Origin: a bacterium
GTDB taxonomy: Bacteria; Moduliflexota; Moduliflexia; Moduliflexales; JAUQPW01
Direction: 5' to 3'
NCBI GenBank assembly: GCA_030550175.1
Contig: JAUQPW010000001.1
Span: 10,898 to 74,897, forward strand
Length of the DNA stretch: 64,000 nt
In this document: positions 40,403 through 49,617 of the stretch, in pieces
Position numbering within the stretch: the first letter of the stretch is position 1
Layout: each line of letters begins with the position of its first letter
The notes under the pieces: generated by a model
The model's input: the letters and a program-made list of their open reading frames with translations, nothing else
The model's database searches: none
Told to the model about the DNA's origin: nothing
Made by a program: the position numbers and the translations under genes

Positions 40403-40696
40403 ATGGGTACAACTGTTTTAGTCGAGTTCCAGGCTAAACCTGAAGTCGTCCAGGATTTGAAAACATTTTTTAAAGAAATTCTTCCAGATACCCGTAAATA
40501 CCAGGGTTGTCGAAGTGTATATCTTTGCTGTAACCAGGAGAATGCAAACAATTTTCTTCTAGTAGAACAATGGGATTCCCGTGATCATTATGAAAAATAC
40601 CCGGCATGGCGTAAAGAGACGGGGGTGATAGACCGTTTAGGTGGAATGTTGGTCGGTCCACCTACTATTCGATACTTCGAGTATGTCAATGCTTGA
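40403..40696 (+). CDS. Antibiotic-biosynthesis-monooxygenase (ABM/Dabb) domain protein
   Basis: 97 aa ferredoxin-like ABM pattern (VLVEFQAKPE...GCRSVYL...LVEQWDSRDHYEKY). Confidence 0.65.
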   Translation: MGTTVLVEFQAKPEVVQDLKTFFKEILPDTRKYQGCRSVYLCCNQENANNFLLVEQWDSRDHYEKYPAWRKETGVIDRLGGMLVGPPTIRYFEYVNA

Positions 40697-40986
40697 GTTT
40701 CCTTGATTTAAACGAGCCAAAGCCTTTTAACAACCGGTTAGAGGAAAGATATAATTCACCTCGTTTAAAAGGGATACAAAGCGTTACAGAACCGGATTAT
40801 AGAAAAAAGTGATACCATCAGCCGAGCTAAACTGGAAAGATTCGCACGAATGGCTGGAGTCTATGGGGAAGGCAATTTCCCGCAGGAGGATCATAAGCCT
40901 AACCGACATTCACTATATGCATCTTGTAAGGTGAAGTGGTGGCAGGCAGTGAACATATCTACCTGGAACTTGAAAGGAGCACTGGT

Positions 40987-41823
40987 ATGCAAAGAATCCT
41001 TCTGATCATTTTAATACTTGGCCTGGCCTTATTTAAGGAGGTAATAGGTGTGCAGGCAGCCGAGCTACCCATCTTCGATGCGCATATCCATTATAGCCAG
41101 GATACCTGGGAGGTGGTATCACCGAAAGAGGCGATTGCAATCTTACGAAAGGCTGGCGTGATACAGGCGCTTGTGTCAAGTTCGAACGATGAGGGTACCC
41201 AAAAGCTCTATGCAGAAGCACCTGACTTGATTATTCCGGAGTTACGGCCTTACCGCAAGCGCGGAGAAATCTCCAGCTGGATCCACGATGAGTCGATCCT
41301 TACCTACCTGGAGGAGCGGTTGAAAAAATATTCGTACGTTGCCATCGGAGAGTTCCATGTAAGTGGGGCGGATGCAGATCTGCCGGTGGTACGTCGCACG
41401 GTTCAGCTTGCAAAGCAACACGGCCTCATGTTGCATGCACATTCAGATGCAGATGCGGTGGAACGGATGTTCCGCCAGGATCCGGAGGCAAGGATTCTAT
41501 GGGCACATGCTGGATTTGAGCGACCCTCTCGCGTGGGTGAGATGATGCGCCGCTACAAGAATTTGTGGGCTGATCTGGCAGTTCGCCGTGATGTGGCTCC
41601 AAACGACCAGGTCACACCCGAATGGCGGGAGATCTTTCTCGAATTTCCCGATCGTTTCATGATCGGTACAGATACCTATGTGCCCGATCGCTGGAATGTG
41701 GTGGTTTCAAATGCCAACTGGGCCCGCAAGTGGCTAGCCGGACTACCTCCGGAAGTTGCTGAGCGGATCGCTTACAAAAATGGTGAAACGGTGCTTACAG
41801 CCGCATTCTCGAAGCGACGTTAG
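40987..41823 (+). CDS. Secreted amidohydrolase-2 (TIM-barrel metal-dependent hydrolase) family protein (the ORF opens at 40936; start MQRILL at 40987 after an AAAGGAG Shine-Dalgarno)
   Basis: Signal peptide. IFDAHIHY metal-binding start and later His (LMLHAHSD) and Asp (IGTDTYV) ligands. Confidence 0.7.
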   Translation: MQRILLIILILGLALFKEVIGVQAAELPIFDAHIHYSQDTWEVVSPKEAIAILRKAGVIQALVSSSNDEGTQKLYAEAPDLIIPELRPYRKRGEISSWIHDESILTYLEERLKKYSYVAIGEFHVSGADADLPVVRRTVQLAKQHGLMLHAHSDADAVERMFRQDPEARILWAHAGFERPSRVGEMMRRYKNLWADLAVRRDVAPNDQVTPEWREIFLEFPDRFMIGTDTYVPDRWNVVVSNANWARKWLAGLPPEVAERIAYKNGETVLTAAFSKRR

Positions 41824-41943
41824 GGTTTTGAAGATTCCGAGTATTGCACACCTTGTAATTACTGCAAGCAACCTGCAAGGGAAAAACTCCTGTTTATGAG
41901 GGAGTCGGGAGTAAAAAAATATACAAGGAAAAGTGATAACCTT

Positions 41944-42984
41944 ATGTACCCTGAAATTTCCCTTATCCAACGCTTAGAATTGCTTAAGCCACCTCAAAAT
42001 AAAGTATCCATGGTCCTCGATACCGATCCCTACAATGAAATGGATGATCAATTTGCCATCGTCTACTCATTGCTGGCGCCGGAACGCCTGGAAGTGAAGG
42101 CCATTTATGCAGCACCATTTGCCAATGCCAGATCGGGAAACGATGAAAAACGCGGTATGGAAAAGAGTTACGAAGTTGTAAAGGAAATATTGGATAAGCT
42201 GCAAGGACCCGAATTACCCCATATTCCTCCGGTATTTCGAGGATCTGACCGATGGATTTCCGAGGATAATGCAGGATTTAAGGGTACGGCCATTCGGAGT
42301 GAAGCGGCAGAGCATCTGATTCATCTGGTCGAAGCCCAACCAGAAGGTAAATTCCTCTACGTGGTCGGTATTGCGGCTATCACGAATATTGCCTCGGCCA
42401 TTCTACTCAAGCCGGAAATTATCCGAAAAATGGTAGTGGTCTGGCTTGCCGGTCATCCCTATAATTATTACGACACCGACGAGTTCAATCTACGACAGGA
42501 TATTTATGCTTCGCGTGTGATACTGGATTGCGGGGTCCCGCTTGTACGGATACCCTGTCGTAATGTGGCTGAACACTTACTCCTAACCGTGGAAGAGGTA
42601 GAGAATCGCATTAAAGGGCGAGGTGAAATCGGAAATTATCTCTATAAAGCGTACCATGAATATCTCGAAGAGAAGAAGTTCATTTCCAGGCCTATCTGGG
42701 ACATGGCTCCTATTGCCTGGCTTGTTAATCCTACGTGGGTCGAGACGGTAATTATTCCCACTCCGCTCCTCGCAGTCAGCCCGCTGCAAACCGAAGGCTA
42801 CTCCACCCCCTTCCTGACCCAAAAACTAACGTTTGAGAAAAACAGAAAAGCTTACTGTACCTGGAACAATGATCCACGTCGTCATTTGACCCGAGAAGCT
42901 TACAGGTTGAACCGGGATGCTATCTTCCAGGACTTTTACCATCGATTAGATAAATATAGGGGGGTTGGAAAAATTGAAAATTAA
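41944..42984 (+). CDS. Inosine-uridine-preferring nucleoside hydrolase family protein (the ORF opens at 41896)
   Basis: DTDPYNEMDDQFAIVYSLL matches the IUNH aspartate cluster DTD.G.DD..A. Confidence 0.75.
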   Translation: MYPEISLIQRLELLKPPQNKVSMVLDTDPYNEMDDQFAIVYSLLAPERLEVKAIYAAPFANARSGNDEKRGMEKSYEVVKEILDKLQGPELPHIPPVFRGSDRWISEDNAGFKGTAIRSEAAEHLIHLVEAQPEGKFLYVVGIAAITNIASAILLKPEIIRKMVVVWLAGHPYNYYDTDEFNLRQDIYASRVILDCGVPLVRIPCRNVAEHLLLTVEEVENRIKGRGEIGNYLYKAYHEYLEEKKFISRPIWDMAPIAWLVNPTWVETVIIPTPLLAVSPLQTEGYSTPFLTQKLTFEKNRKAYCTWNNDPRRHLTREAYRLNRDAIFQDFYHRLDKYRGVGKIEN

Positions 42985-43004
42985 ATCGGCAAAATGAAAA
43001 TGAA

Positions 43005-43418
43005 ATGGTAAAACCTTTAATCGTTCTTGATACCAATGTCTTCGTCGCGGCAGGTTTTAACCCGGAAAGTTCATCGGCGCAGATCCTCGAACAGATAAGG
43101 AGTGGACAGATCCGAATGGTCTGGAATGAACAGATCCGACAGGAAATTCAGCATATTCTTCGGAAGATCCCCCATCTCTCCTGGGAACAGGTATCCAGCT
43201 TATTCAAAGAAGAAGATTACTACACGGGTGAAACCCATTTTGAGAAATTTAACTTTATCGCCGATCCGGACGATCGAAAGTTTGTAGCCCTTTCGGAGGC
43301 TAGCGGAGCGGTCCTGATTACCATGGATTACGACCTTTTGAGTATTCGTAATGAGGTATCGATACCCATTCTGACACCTGGTGAGTTCTTGAGTAATTCG
43401 ACTCGATTCATCAGGTAG
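43005..43418 (+). CDS. PIN-domain protein (VapC-like toxin fold, COG1569-type)
   Basis: LIVLDTNVFVAA N-terminal acidic motif plus distal D residues (FIADPDDRKFVALSEA...ITMDYD). Confidence 0.7.
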   Translation: MVKPLIVLDTNVFVAAGFNPESSSAQILEQIRSGQIRMVWNEQIRQEIQHILRKIPHLSWEQVSSLFKEEDYYTGETHFEKFNFIADPDDRKFVALSEASGAVLITMDYDLLSIRNEVSIPILTPGEFLSNSTRFIR

Positions 43419-43426
43419 AAATAAGT

Positions 43427-43810
43427 ATGAATCCATTCAGTCATATCGATGTTCGTGTTAAAAGCCTTGAGAGAGCTTTACCGTTTTACTCGGTTGTTTT
43501 ATCTGCTCTGGGATTCAAGCGAACATTTCACAGTGGAGGATGGAATGTGTTTGCCGGTGACGGGGACTTACCGAGTGTACCTTACTTTGCAATAACCGAA
43601 GATCCCGAGCATCAGCCAAACAAGAATCGAATTGCGTTTTGGCTGCCCAGTCGTGAAGAAGTCGATCGACTCAGTATTCTGATCCGTGGGGCCGGTGGAA
43701 ATATCACCGCCGGACCCAAGCTGTTTCCGGAAATCAGTTCCAGTTATTATGCACTTTATTTTGAAGACCCCAGTGGTAACCGGCTCGAGTTAGTTCATAG
43801 AACTGATTAG
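43427..43810 (+). CDS. VOC-family (glyoxalase/bleomycin-resistance fold) protein
   Basis: 127 aa. HIDVRVKSLERALPFY...FEDPSGNRLELV. Confidence 0.7.
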   Translation: MNPFSHIDVRVKSLERALPFYSVVLSALGFKRTFHSGGWNVFAGDGDLPSVPYFAITEDPEHQPNKNRIAFWLPSREEVDRLSILIRGAGGNITAGPKLFPEISSSYYALYFEDPSGNRLELVHRTD

Positions 43811-43851
43811 GACTATCTTGTTAGAGCCGCCCGGGGAAAGGAGCGAACAAT

Positions 43852-44493
43852 ATGAAAATAGGTATTCTTGGAACAGGGGATGTAGGCCAGGTATTAGGAT
43901 CTGGATTTGTGAAACTAGGCCACTCGGTTAAAATGGGATCTCGAAATCCTAACCAGGAAAAAATCAAGGCCTGGCTTGCCAAGACGGGAGCCAACGCTTC
44001 GGCAGGCACCTTTGCAGAAGCTGCAGCCTTTGGGGATCTTGCGGTATTGGCAACGCTGTGGGCCGGAACGGAAAATGCAATTCGTCTGGCGGATCCTAAA
44101 AACCTGGCCGGGAAAGTCGTGATCGATGCAACCAATCCTCTGGATTTCTCCTCCATGCCCCCTAAACTGGCAGTAGGCCACACAGATTCCGGTGGGGAGC
44201 AGGTACAACGCTGGCTTCCAAACTCCCATGTGGTAAAGGCGTTCAACAGTGTGGGTAGCCCACATATGGTCCGTCCGGATTTTCCAGGAGGTCCCCCCGA
44301 TATGTTTATCTGTGGTAATGATACCAAGGCCAAGGAAACCGTAACGGATTTGCTAAAAGCATTTGGGTGGTCTGTGGTCGATATCGGTGGGATCGAAGGA
44401 TCCCGATACCTCGAACCCCTGGCCATGATTTGGATTCTCCAGTTCTTCAGAACCCGAAGCGGGAACCATGCCTTTAAGCTTCTGCGGAAATAA
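43852..44493 (+). CDS. NADP oxidoreductase, coenzyme-F420-dependent family (Npd-like dinucleotide-binding protein)
   Basis: MKIGILGTGDVGQVLGSGFVKLGHSV Rossmann start and F420_oxidored-type C-terminus. Confidence 0.7.
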   Translation: MKIGILGTGDVGQVLGSGFVKLGHSVKMGSRNPNQEKIKAWLAKTGANASAGTFAEAAAFGDLAVLATLWAGTENAIRLADPKNLAGKVVIDATNPLDFSSMPPKLAVGHTDSGGEQVQRWLPNSHVVKAFNSVGSPHMVRPDFPGGPPDMFICGNDTKAKETVTDLLKAFGWSVVDIGGIEGSRYLEPLAMIWILQFFRTRSGNHAFKLLRK

Positions 44494-44505
44494 TCTAATG
44501 AATAG

Positions 44506-45135
44506 GTGAGGAACATGATAATTCAGGATGTGGGACAGCAACATTTGACCAGGATTCAGCCAACAACGGAAGGTATCCGTACCTGGAGAACCTATCTCAA
44601 GGAGTATCAATTTAATAAAAAATATCCGGACGATGCCTATGTGTGGCTTACCTGTATTCTGGCATTGGAGGCCGTTGGGGTCGGCAACTTTGGGGTTGGG
44701 TGTATTTTGATTAATAATCAAGGTGACATATTAGCTCAAGGGCATAACAAAATATTCCATCCTTACTTTCGGAGTGATCGACATGCTGAAATGGTTGTCA
44801 TGGATGACTTTGAGGATGCCCATCCAGAACCTAGCGGGTTGGGTGCTTACTCTTTATATACCTCTCTGGAGCCCTGCCCCATGTGCCTGGTACGATTGAG
44901 TACCTCGGGGATAAACAAAATACTATTTGCTGCCCCGGATGTGTCAGGGGGTATGGTTCATCGAATGAATAACTTACCACCCTTCTGGTTTGAGTTGGCC
45001 CAAGGGAAAATATTTAGCCAGGCACAGTGCTCGCCGGATTTGGTTCATGCGGCTACGCAGATCCTACTTCTTAATTTAAATGAACTAACAACTGAAGTCA
45101 AAGTCAGACAGCGTAAAGTATCCGTATCAATTTAG
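44506..45135 (+). CDS. Cytidine/deoxycytidylate-deaminase-fold (CDA) nucleoside/nucleotide deaminase
   Basis: Zinc-binding H-A-E (RHAEMVV) and PCxxC (LEPCPMCLVRL) motifs. Confidence 0.7.
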   Translation: MRNMIIQDVGQQHLTRIQPTTEGIRTWRTYLKEYQFNKKYPDDAYVWLTCILALEAVGVGNFGVGCILINNQGDILAQGHNKIFHPYFRSDRHAEMVVMDDFEDAHPEPSGLGAYSLYTSLEPCPMCLVRLSTSGINKILFAAPDVSGGMVHRMNNLPPFWFELAQGKIFSQAQCSPDLVHAATQILLLNLNELTTEVKVRQRKVSVSI

Positions 45136-45151
45136 TAGGTGGAAAAAGAAA

Positions 45152-45214
45152 CACCCCCCTGGCCTCCCCCCTCTAATTCCCCCGTATACGGGGGAGGGGG
45201 GGCCAGGGGGGTGT
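45152..45214. repeat. Perfect nested GC palindrome (possible REP-like element or terminator) downstream of the deaminase gene
   Basis: acacccccctggcc tcccccct ctaatt cccccgtatacggggg agggggg ggccaggggggtgt. No T-tract follows. Confidence 0.55.
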
Positions 45215-45315
45215 GTTCAGACAGAAAAGGTGACACCTACTAAATTGTTCCAGTTACCAGCGTAAAATGAGGTAAAACGATTCTATTTGGTATCGAAAAT
45301 GGAGGTCATATAACC

Positions 45316-46128
45316 ATGATAGAGAGAAAACCGCGGCTGGCCGGGAAGGTTGCCATTGTTACAGGAGCCGGCTCCAGGGGACCAGGCATTGGTAATGGCA
45401 AAGCCACGGCCATTCTCTTTGCCCGAGAAGGGGCCAAAGTTCTGTTGGTGGATAAATTTGCCGACCGCGCTGAAGAAACCCATCGGATCATCCAGGAGGA
45501 AGGAGGAGAAAGCACCGTGTTTGAGGCCGATGTGACCCAGGAAAACCGGGTGCGGGATATGGTAGAATATACCCTAGAGCGATATGGAAGATTGGACATC
45601 TTGCATAATAACGTTGGAGTAGGGATGCCCGGGTCTGTCCTGGATGTGACCGAGAGGGATTGGGACCGAACCATGGCCATCAACTTAAAAAGCATGCTGT
45701 TTTGTAGCAAACATGCCATCCCCAAGATGATCCAGGGGGGTGGTGGCTCTATTATTAATATCTCTTCTGTGGCCGGGATGCGAGGCCACGGCCTCGTTGC
45801 TTATGCTGTCTCTAAAGGCGGTGTCATTGCCCTCACACGTACCATGGCGGTCCAACATGCCAGGGACAACATTCGGGTAAATTGTATTGCTCCCGGCCCC
45901 GTTTATACCCCCATGGTTGCCGAGAGTCTGACCGAAGAAGAGCGTATCCTCCGTAAGAACGCTGTACCGTTGGGTATTGAAGGTACGGCATGGGATGTTG
46001 CCTGGGCGGCCGTCTATCTGGCCAGTGATGAGGCACGGTGGGTGACCGGTGTGGTGTTACCGGTTGATGGGGGTTTAACAGCCACCACTCACCCTATCGT
46101 TACCCGGATAAAATTCTCCGAACAGTAA
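45316..46128 (+). CDS. SDR-family oxidoreductase (3-oxoacyl-ACP-reductase-like)
   Basis: GKVAIVTGAGSRGPGIG, NNVG, catalytic YAVSKGGV (Y-x3-K) and IRVNCIAPGPVYTPM. Confidence 0.85.
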   Translation: MIERKPRLAGKVAIVTGAGSRGPGIGNGKATAILFAREGAKVLLVDKFADRAEETHRIIQEEGGESTVFEADVTQENRVRDMVEYTLERYGRLDILHNNVGVGMPGSVLDVTERDWDRTMAINLKSMLFCSKHAIPKMIQGGGGSIINISSVAGMRGHGLVAYAVSKGGVIALTRTMAVQHARDNIRVNCIAPGPVYTPMVAESLTEEERILRKNAVPLGIEGTAWDVAWAAVYLASDEARWVTGVVLPVDGGLTATTHPIVTRIKFSEQ

Positions 46129-46261
46129 TCAAAACCTAAAGAAAGCCCCCAGAGGGAATAGTATTAGGTTGTGTTTTATTAAAATAGAGGCAGGTTTCAA
46201 TCCTGCCTCTAGGAAAGAACCTTTATGACCATCTAAAAGGTAAAGGGTTATTAACTATAAA

Positions 46262-46440
46262 ATTACCTTCAGGATCTTATAAGTTTTAAAAAAACCGTTG
46301 TCCCCGCATTCAATTCGTTTTGAATTTCTATAGTTCCTCCATGGGCTTCCATAATTTTCTTACATAAACTGAGTCCCAGACCATAACCTCCGGTATCTTT
46401 GGACTGCTCTGAGGATAAGCCTGAGAGATAAACAAATTAT
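46262..46440 (-). pseudogene. Remnant of a sensor histidine kinase gene (C-terminal HATPase_c G2-box fragment only)
   Basis: Minus-strand translation VYLSGLSSEQSKDTGGYGLGLSLCKKIMEAHGGTIEIQNELNAGTTVFFLKLIRS*. The upstream DNA is AT-rich with no continuation. Under 60 codons. Confidence 0.5.
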
Positions 46441-46529
46441 TTCCGAGTTGTATTAAAAATTGTAACAGAAACAGACGGAGTACATTGTTACTTTAATTTT
46501 GCTTATGCTTAACGTTTAAGTGGCTCTCA

Positions 46530-46745
46530 CCCCCGGCCCCCATACGCGCCAGGTTAAGCTGAAAAGCCCCGTCAGGGGCGAACGGTTGGTAGCCCTGACG
46601 AAAGTCGGGGGATTCAGAAATTCAGAATTTTTTCAAGCCCCCTAGCCGCGTCTTGTTAAACAGGTCGCCCCGCTGGGGCTAACCTTCTTATCCCGAAGCC
46701 TGGGTCCCTCGGCCCCTCTCCCATGCAGAATGGTTATTCAAATTT
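46530..46745. repeat. Repeat family A composite copy (contains both the 20-bp and the 32-bp cores seen at 4166-4185 and 8683-8714, in inverted orientation)
   Basis: 46537-46557 ccccatacgcgccaggttaa. 46662-46693 aggtcgccccgctggggctaaccttcttatcc. Confidence 0.65.
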
Positions 46746-46896
46746 AACTTTACAAGATAGGGTTAAAATGTGAGGTAACGGTTTCATAAAACAGATGAAG
46801 AACTTCCCCTAAGGGATTATTTTATAGAGGGAATATAAGGGCAGACTTTAAAGTAGAATCTAAGGAAAATTTCCAAGCGAAAGGAGGGTAGTAAGG

Positions 46897-47889
46897 ATGG
46901 TTCGATTTAAATATCTTATGGGGCTTATAAGCTTAATTTTAGCTGTTCAGTTTTTACTTCCTTATCAGGTCGAGGGTGGGGATAAAAAATTAAAAGTAGC
47001 CATGATTCTTCCCGGTCGAATCAACGATGTATCCTGGAACCAGGCAGCCTATGAAGGACTCAAGCAGGCTGAAAAGGAGTTGGGGGTTGAGATAGCCTAT
47101 ACCGAGAATGTCAGTGTGGCCGATGTGGAAAGGGTTTTGAGAGAATATGCTACGGCGGGATACGATCTCATTTTAGCCCACAGTTTCAACTATGGAGATG
47201 CGGTATTTAAAGTCGCTCAGGACTTTCCAAAAATTAAATTTGGATGGGCTACCGGTTTTAAGTCGGCTCCCAACGTAGCTTTCTATGACTGGCCCGCCCA
47301 TGAAGTAGGATACCTGGTAGGAATGCTGGCAGCTTCCATGAGCAAAACCGGAAAAATCGGTGCTCTGGGGGGATTCGATGTGCCGGATGTTGTCCGGGCC
47401 ATAGAGGGTTTTAAATTGGGAGCTAAAGCGGTAAATCCTGAGATTAAGGTTTTTACAACCTACATTGGGGATTGGGAGGATGCTGCAAAAGCTAAAGAAG
47501 CTGCTCTGGCCCATATCGAAAACGGAGCAGATGTCGTTTATATTAATGGGGATGGAATTAGTTACGGAGTTATCGAAGCTGCCAAGGAAAAGGGGGTATA
47601 TGCCATCGGTGGTATTGCAGATCAGTATTCTCTCGCTCCGGAAACCGTTCTCAGCAGTACCGTACTGAATGTAGGATTTACAATCAAAAAAATGATCGAG
47701 GACGTTCAGGCCGGTAAATTTAAAGAAAGTTATCTGTATAGCTTAAAAGAAGGTGGAGTGGATATTGCACCTTATCACGAACTGGAAAAAGTGATCCCCC
47801 AGGAAGTAAAAGATAAAATTGCCAAAGCTAAAAAGGATATTCTGGAGGGAAAGCTCCAGGTGCCGGATATTGTTAAACCAACGGAGTAA
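46897..47889 (+). CDS. BMP-family ABC transporter substrate-binding lipoprotein (PnrA/TmpC-like nucleoside-binding)
   Basis: Signal/lipobox region, then KVAMILPGRINDVSWNQAAYEGL, typical of the Bmp/Med family. Followed by its ATPase and two permeases. Confidence 0.85.
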   Translation: MVRFKYLMGLISLILAVQFLLPYQVEGGDKKLKVAMILPGRINDVSWNQAAYEGLKQAEKELGVEIAYTENVSVADVERVLREYATAGYDLILAHSFNYGDAVFKVAQDFPKIKFGWATGFKSAPNVAFYDWPAHEVGYLVGMLAASMSKTGKIGALGGFDVPDVVRAIEGFKLGAKAVNPEIKVFTTYIGDWEDAAKAKEAALAHIENGADVVYINGDGISYGVIEAAKEKGVYAIGGIADQYSLAPETVLSSTVLNVGFTIKKMIEDVQAGKFKESYLYSLKEGGVDIAPYHELEKVIPQEVKDKIAKAKKDILEGKLQVPDIVKPTE

Positions 47890-48066
47890 GTATGGGAGTG
47901 GGAAGTATGGAAGTGGAAAAGTATGGAAGTATGGGAGTGGGGAAGTGGAGACTCGTCCACACTCTCACACCCCCATACTTCCATACCCCTATACCCACTC
48001 CCATACCCCCACACTCCCATACTTCCATACCCCCATACTTCTCCACTCTCATACCTCCATACTTTC
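47890..48066. repeat. Long imperfect hairpin built from tandem gtatggRagtgg units and their complement (ccacactcccatac...)
   Basis: 47890-47950 holds four direct units. 47960-48066 is approximately their reverse complement. The motif acccccacactcccatact also occurs in frame inside the pat linker (37455-37475). Confidence 0.65.
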
Positions 48067-49617
48067 ATTCTTTTAAGGATAGATAAAATCACTAAACGGT
48101 TCCCAGGGGTTCTTGCCAATGATCAAATTTCATTGGAAATCGAGGCAGGGGAGGTGCATGCGTTGTTAGGTCAGAATGGGGCCGGTAAGACTACGTTGAT
48201 GAATATTCTCTATGGTCTTTATCAACCGGACTCCGGTCAAATTTATTTTAAAGATCGAAAGGTTAAAATAAGCTCTCCTCGAAAAGCTATTGAATTGGGA
48301 ATTGGAATGGTTCACCAGCATTTCATGCTAATTCCCGACTTTACAGTTGCCGAGAATATCCTGATCGGCTTTAAGCAGAGGGGCCCCTTTTTAAATCTTA
48401 AAAGAGTCGAACAGGCTGTAGCCGAACTTTCTCACCGTTATAGACTTCAAGTAGACCCGACGGCCAGAGTTCAGCACTTATCTGTCGGAAGTCGACAAAG
48501 GGTTGAGATTATCAAAGCCCTTTATCGCGGAGCCGAGCTTTTGATTCTCGATGAGCCTACATCGGTTCTAACTCCCCAGGAAACCCATGAACTTTTCCAG
48601 ATCTTGCGGACCCTCACAGCTCAAGGGAAGTCCGTTATTTTCATCACGCACAAATTGAACGAGGTAATGCAGGTATGTGATCGGGCGACAGTTTTAAGAA
48701 ATGGAAGGAAAGTGGGAACGGTTAAAATCCAGCAGGAAGGACCTGAAAAAGAAGTAATTAAAGAGAATCTGGCTCGAATGATGATCGGTAAAGAGGTTTC
48801 CCTGGAAACCGAAAGAACAGCACTTAAAAAGAAGCCTGTTCAGTTCGGTAAGGAGGTTTTAAAAGTCGAGGAGTTGGAAGCCGTAAACGATCAAAATCGG
48901 CTCGTTTTAAAAAAAATTTCCTTTTCTGTCCGGGCGGGTGAAATTTTGGGGATTGCCGGTGTAGCCGGCAATGGTCAGAGCGAACTGGTAGAAGTCCTGG
49001 CCGGGTTACGTAAAGCCGTGGGTGGAAGGGTCTTCCTGAACGGTCAAGAGGTTTTGAATGAGCCCCCACGTAAGCTTTTGGAGGGAGGGATTGCCCACAT
49101 TCCGGAGGATAGGTTAAGAATGGGTCTTGTACTGGATTTACCTTTACCGGAAAATGCCATCCTGGGTTCTTTTCATAAAGCTCCTTTTTCCTTCAAAATA
49201 GGAAACGCTCTTCCTGGGCCTCGTTGGTTAAATTATACCGAGATTCGAAAGTTTACAGAACGCCTTATCATTTCCTATGATATCAAAACCCCCCATCCAG
49301 AAGCCACCATGCGAATGCTTTCAGGGGGAAATCAGCAAAAATTCATAGTAGGTCGCGAACTCACCCGGTCTCCGAAAGTACTGCTGACCGTTCAACCCAC
49401 CATGGGTCTCGATATAAAAGCTACCGAGTTTGTTCATCAGAAATTCTTAGAACAACGAGAAAATCAGGTGGCCATTCTCTTAATTTCCACTGAACTGGAT
49501 GAAATATTAGCCCTCAGTGATCGCGTGGCCGTCCTCTATGAAGGGCAAATTGTCGGACTCCTTCCTGCCGATCAGGCTGATAGAGAAATCCTGGGACGCT
49601 GGATGAGTGGATTATGA
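47923..49617 (+). CDS. ABC transporter ATP-binding protein with duplicated NBDs (nucleoside/sugar importer type); 5' end buried in the repeat, true start uncertain
   Basis: Two NBDs (GQNGAGKTT and second-domain signatures). The conserved N-terminus begins about LRIDKITKRFPGV (~48073). There is no ATG/GTG/TTG in frame between 47923 and 48100, so initiation would be inside the repeat. Confidence 0.8.
   Translation: MEVWEWGSGDSSTLSHPHTSIPLYPLPYPHTPILPYPHTSPLSYLHTFILLRIDKITKRFPGVLANDQISLEIEAGEVHALLGQNGAGKTTLMNILYGLYQPDSGQIYFKDRKVKISSPRKAIELGIGMVHQHFMLIPDFTVAENILIGFKQRGPFLNLKRVEQAVAELSHRYRLQVDPTARVQHLSVGSRQRVEIIKALYRGAELLILDEPTSVLTPQETHELFQILRTLTAQGKSVIFITHKLNEVMQVCDRATVLRNGRKVGTVKIQQEGPEKEVIKENLARMMIGKEVSLETERTALKKKPVQFGKEVLKVEELEAVNDQNRLVLKKISFSVRAGEILGIAGVAGNGQSELVEVLAGLRKAVGGRVFLNGQEVLNEPPRKLLEGGIAHIPEDRLRMGLVLDLPLPENAILGSFHKAPFSFKIGNALPGPRWLNYTEIRKFTERLIISYDIKTPHPEATMRMLSGGNQQKFIVGRELTRSPKVLLTVQPTMGLDIKATEFVHQKFLEQRENQVAILLISTELDEILALSDRVAVLYEGQIVGLLPADQADREILGRWMSGL

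Noticed and set aside
43821-44516. 231-aa and 116-aa minus-strand ORFs
   Set aside because: They are antisense to a well-supported F420-type NADP oxidoreductase gene with clear Rossmann motifs. Their low-complexity P/S/A-rich translations are typical of antisense frames.
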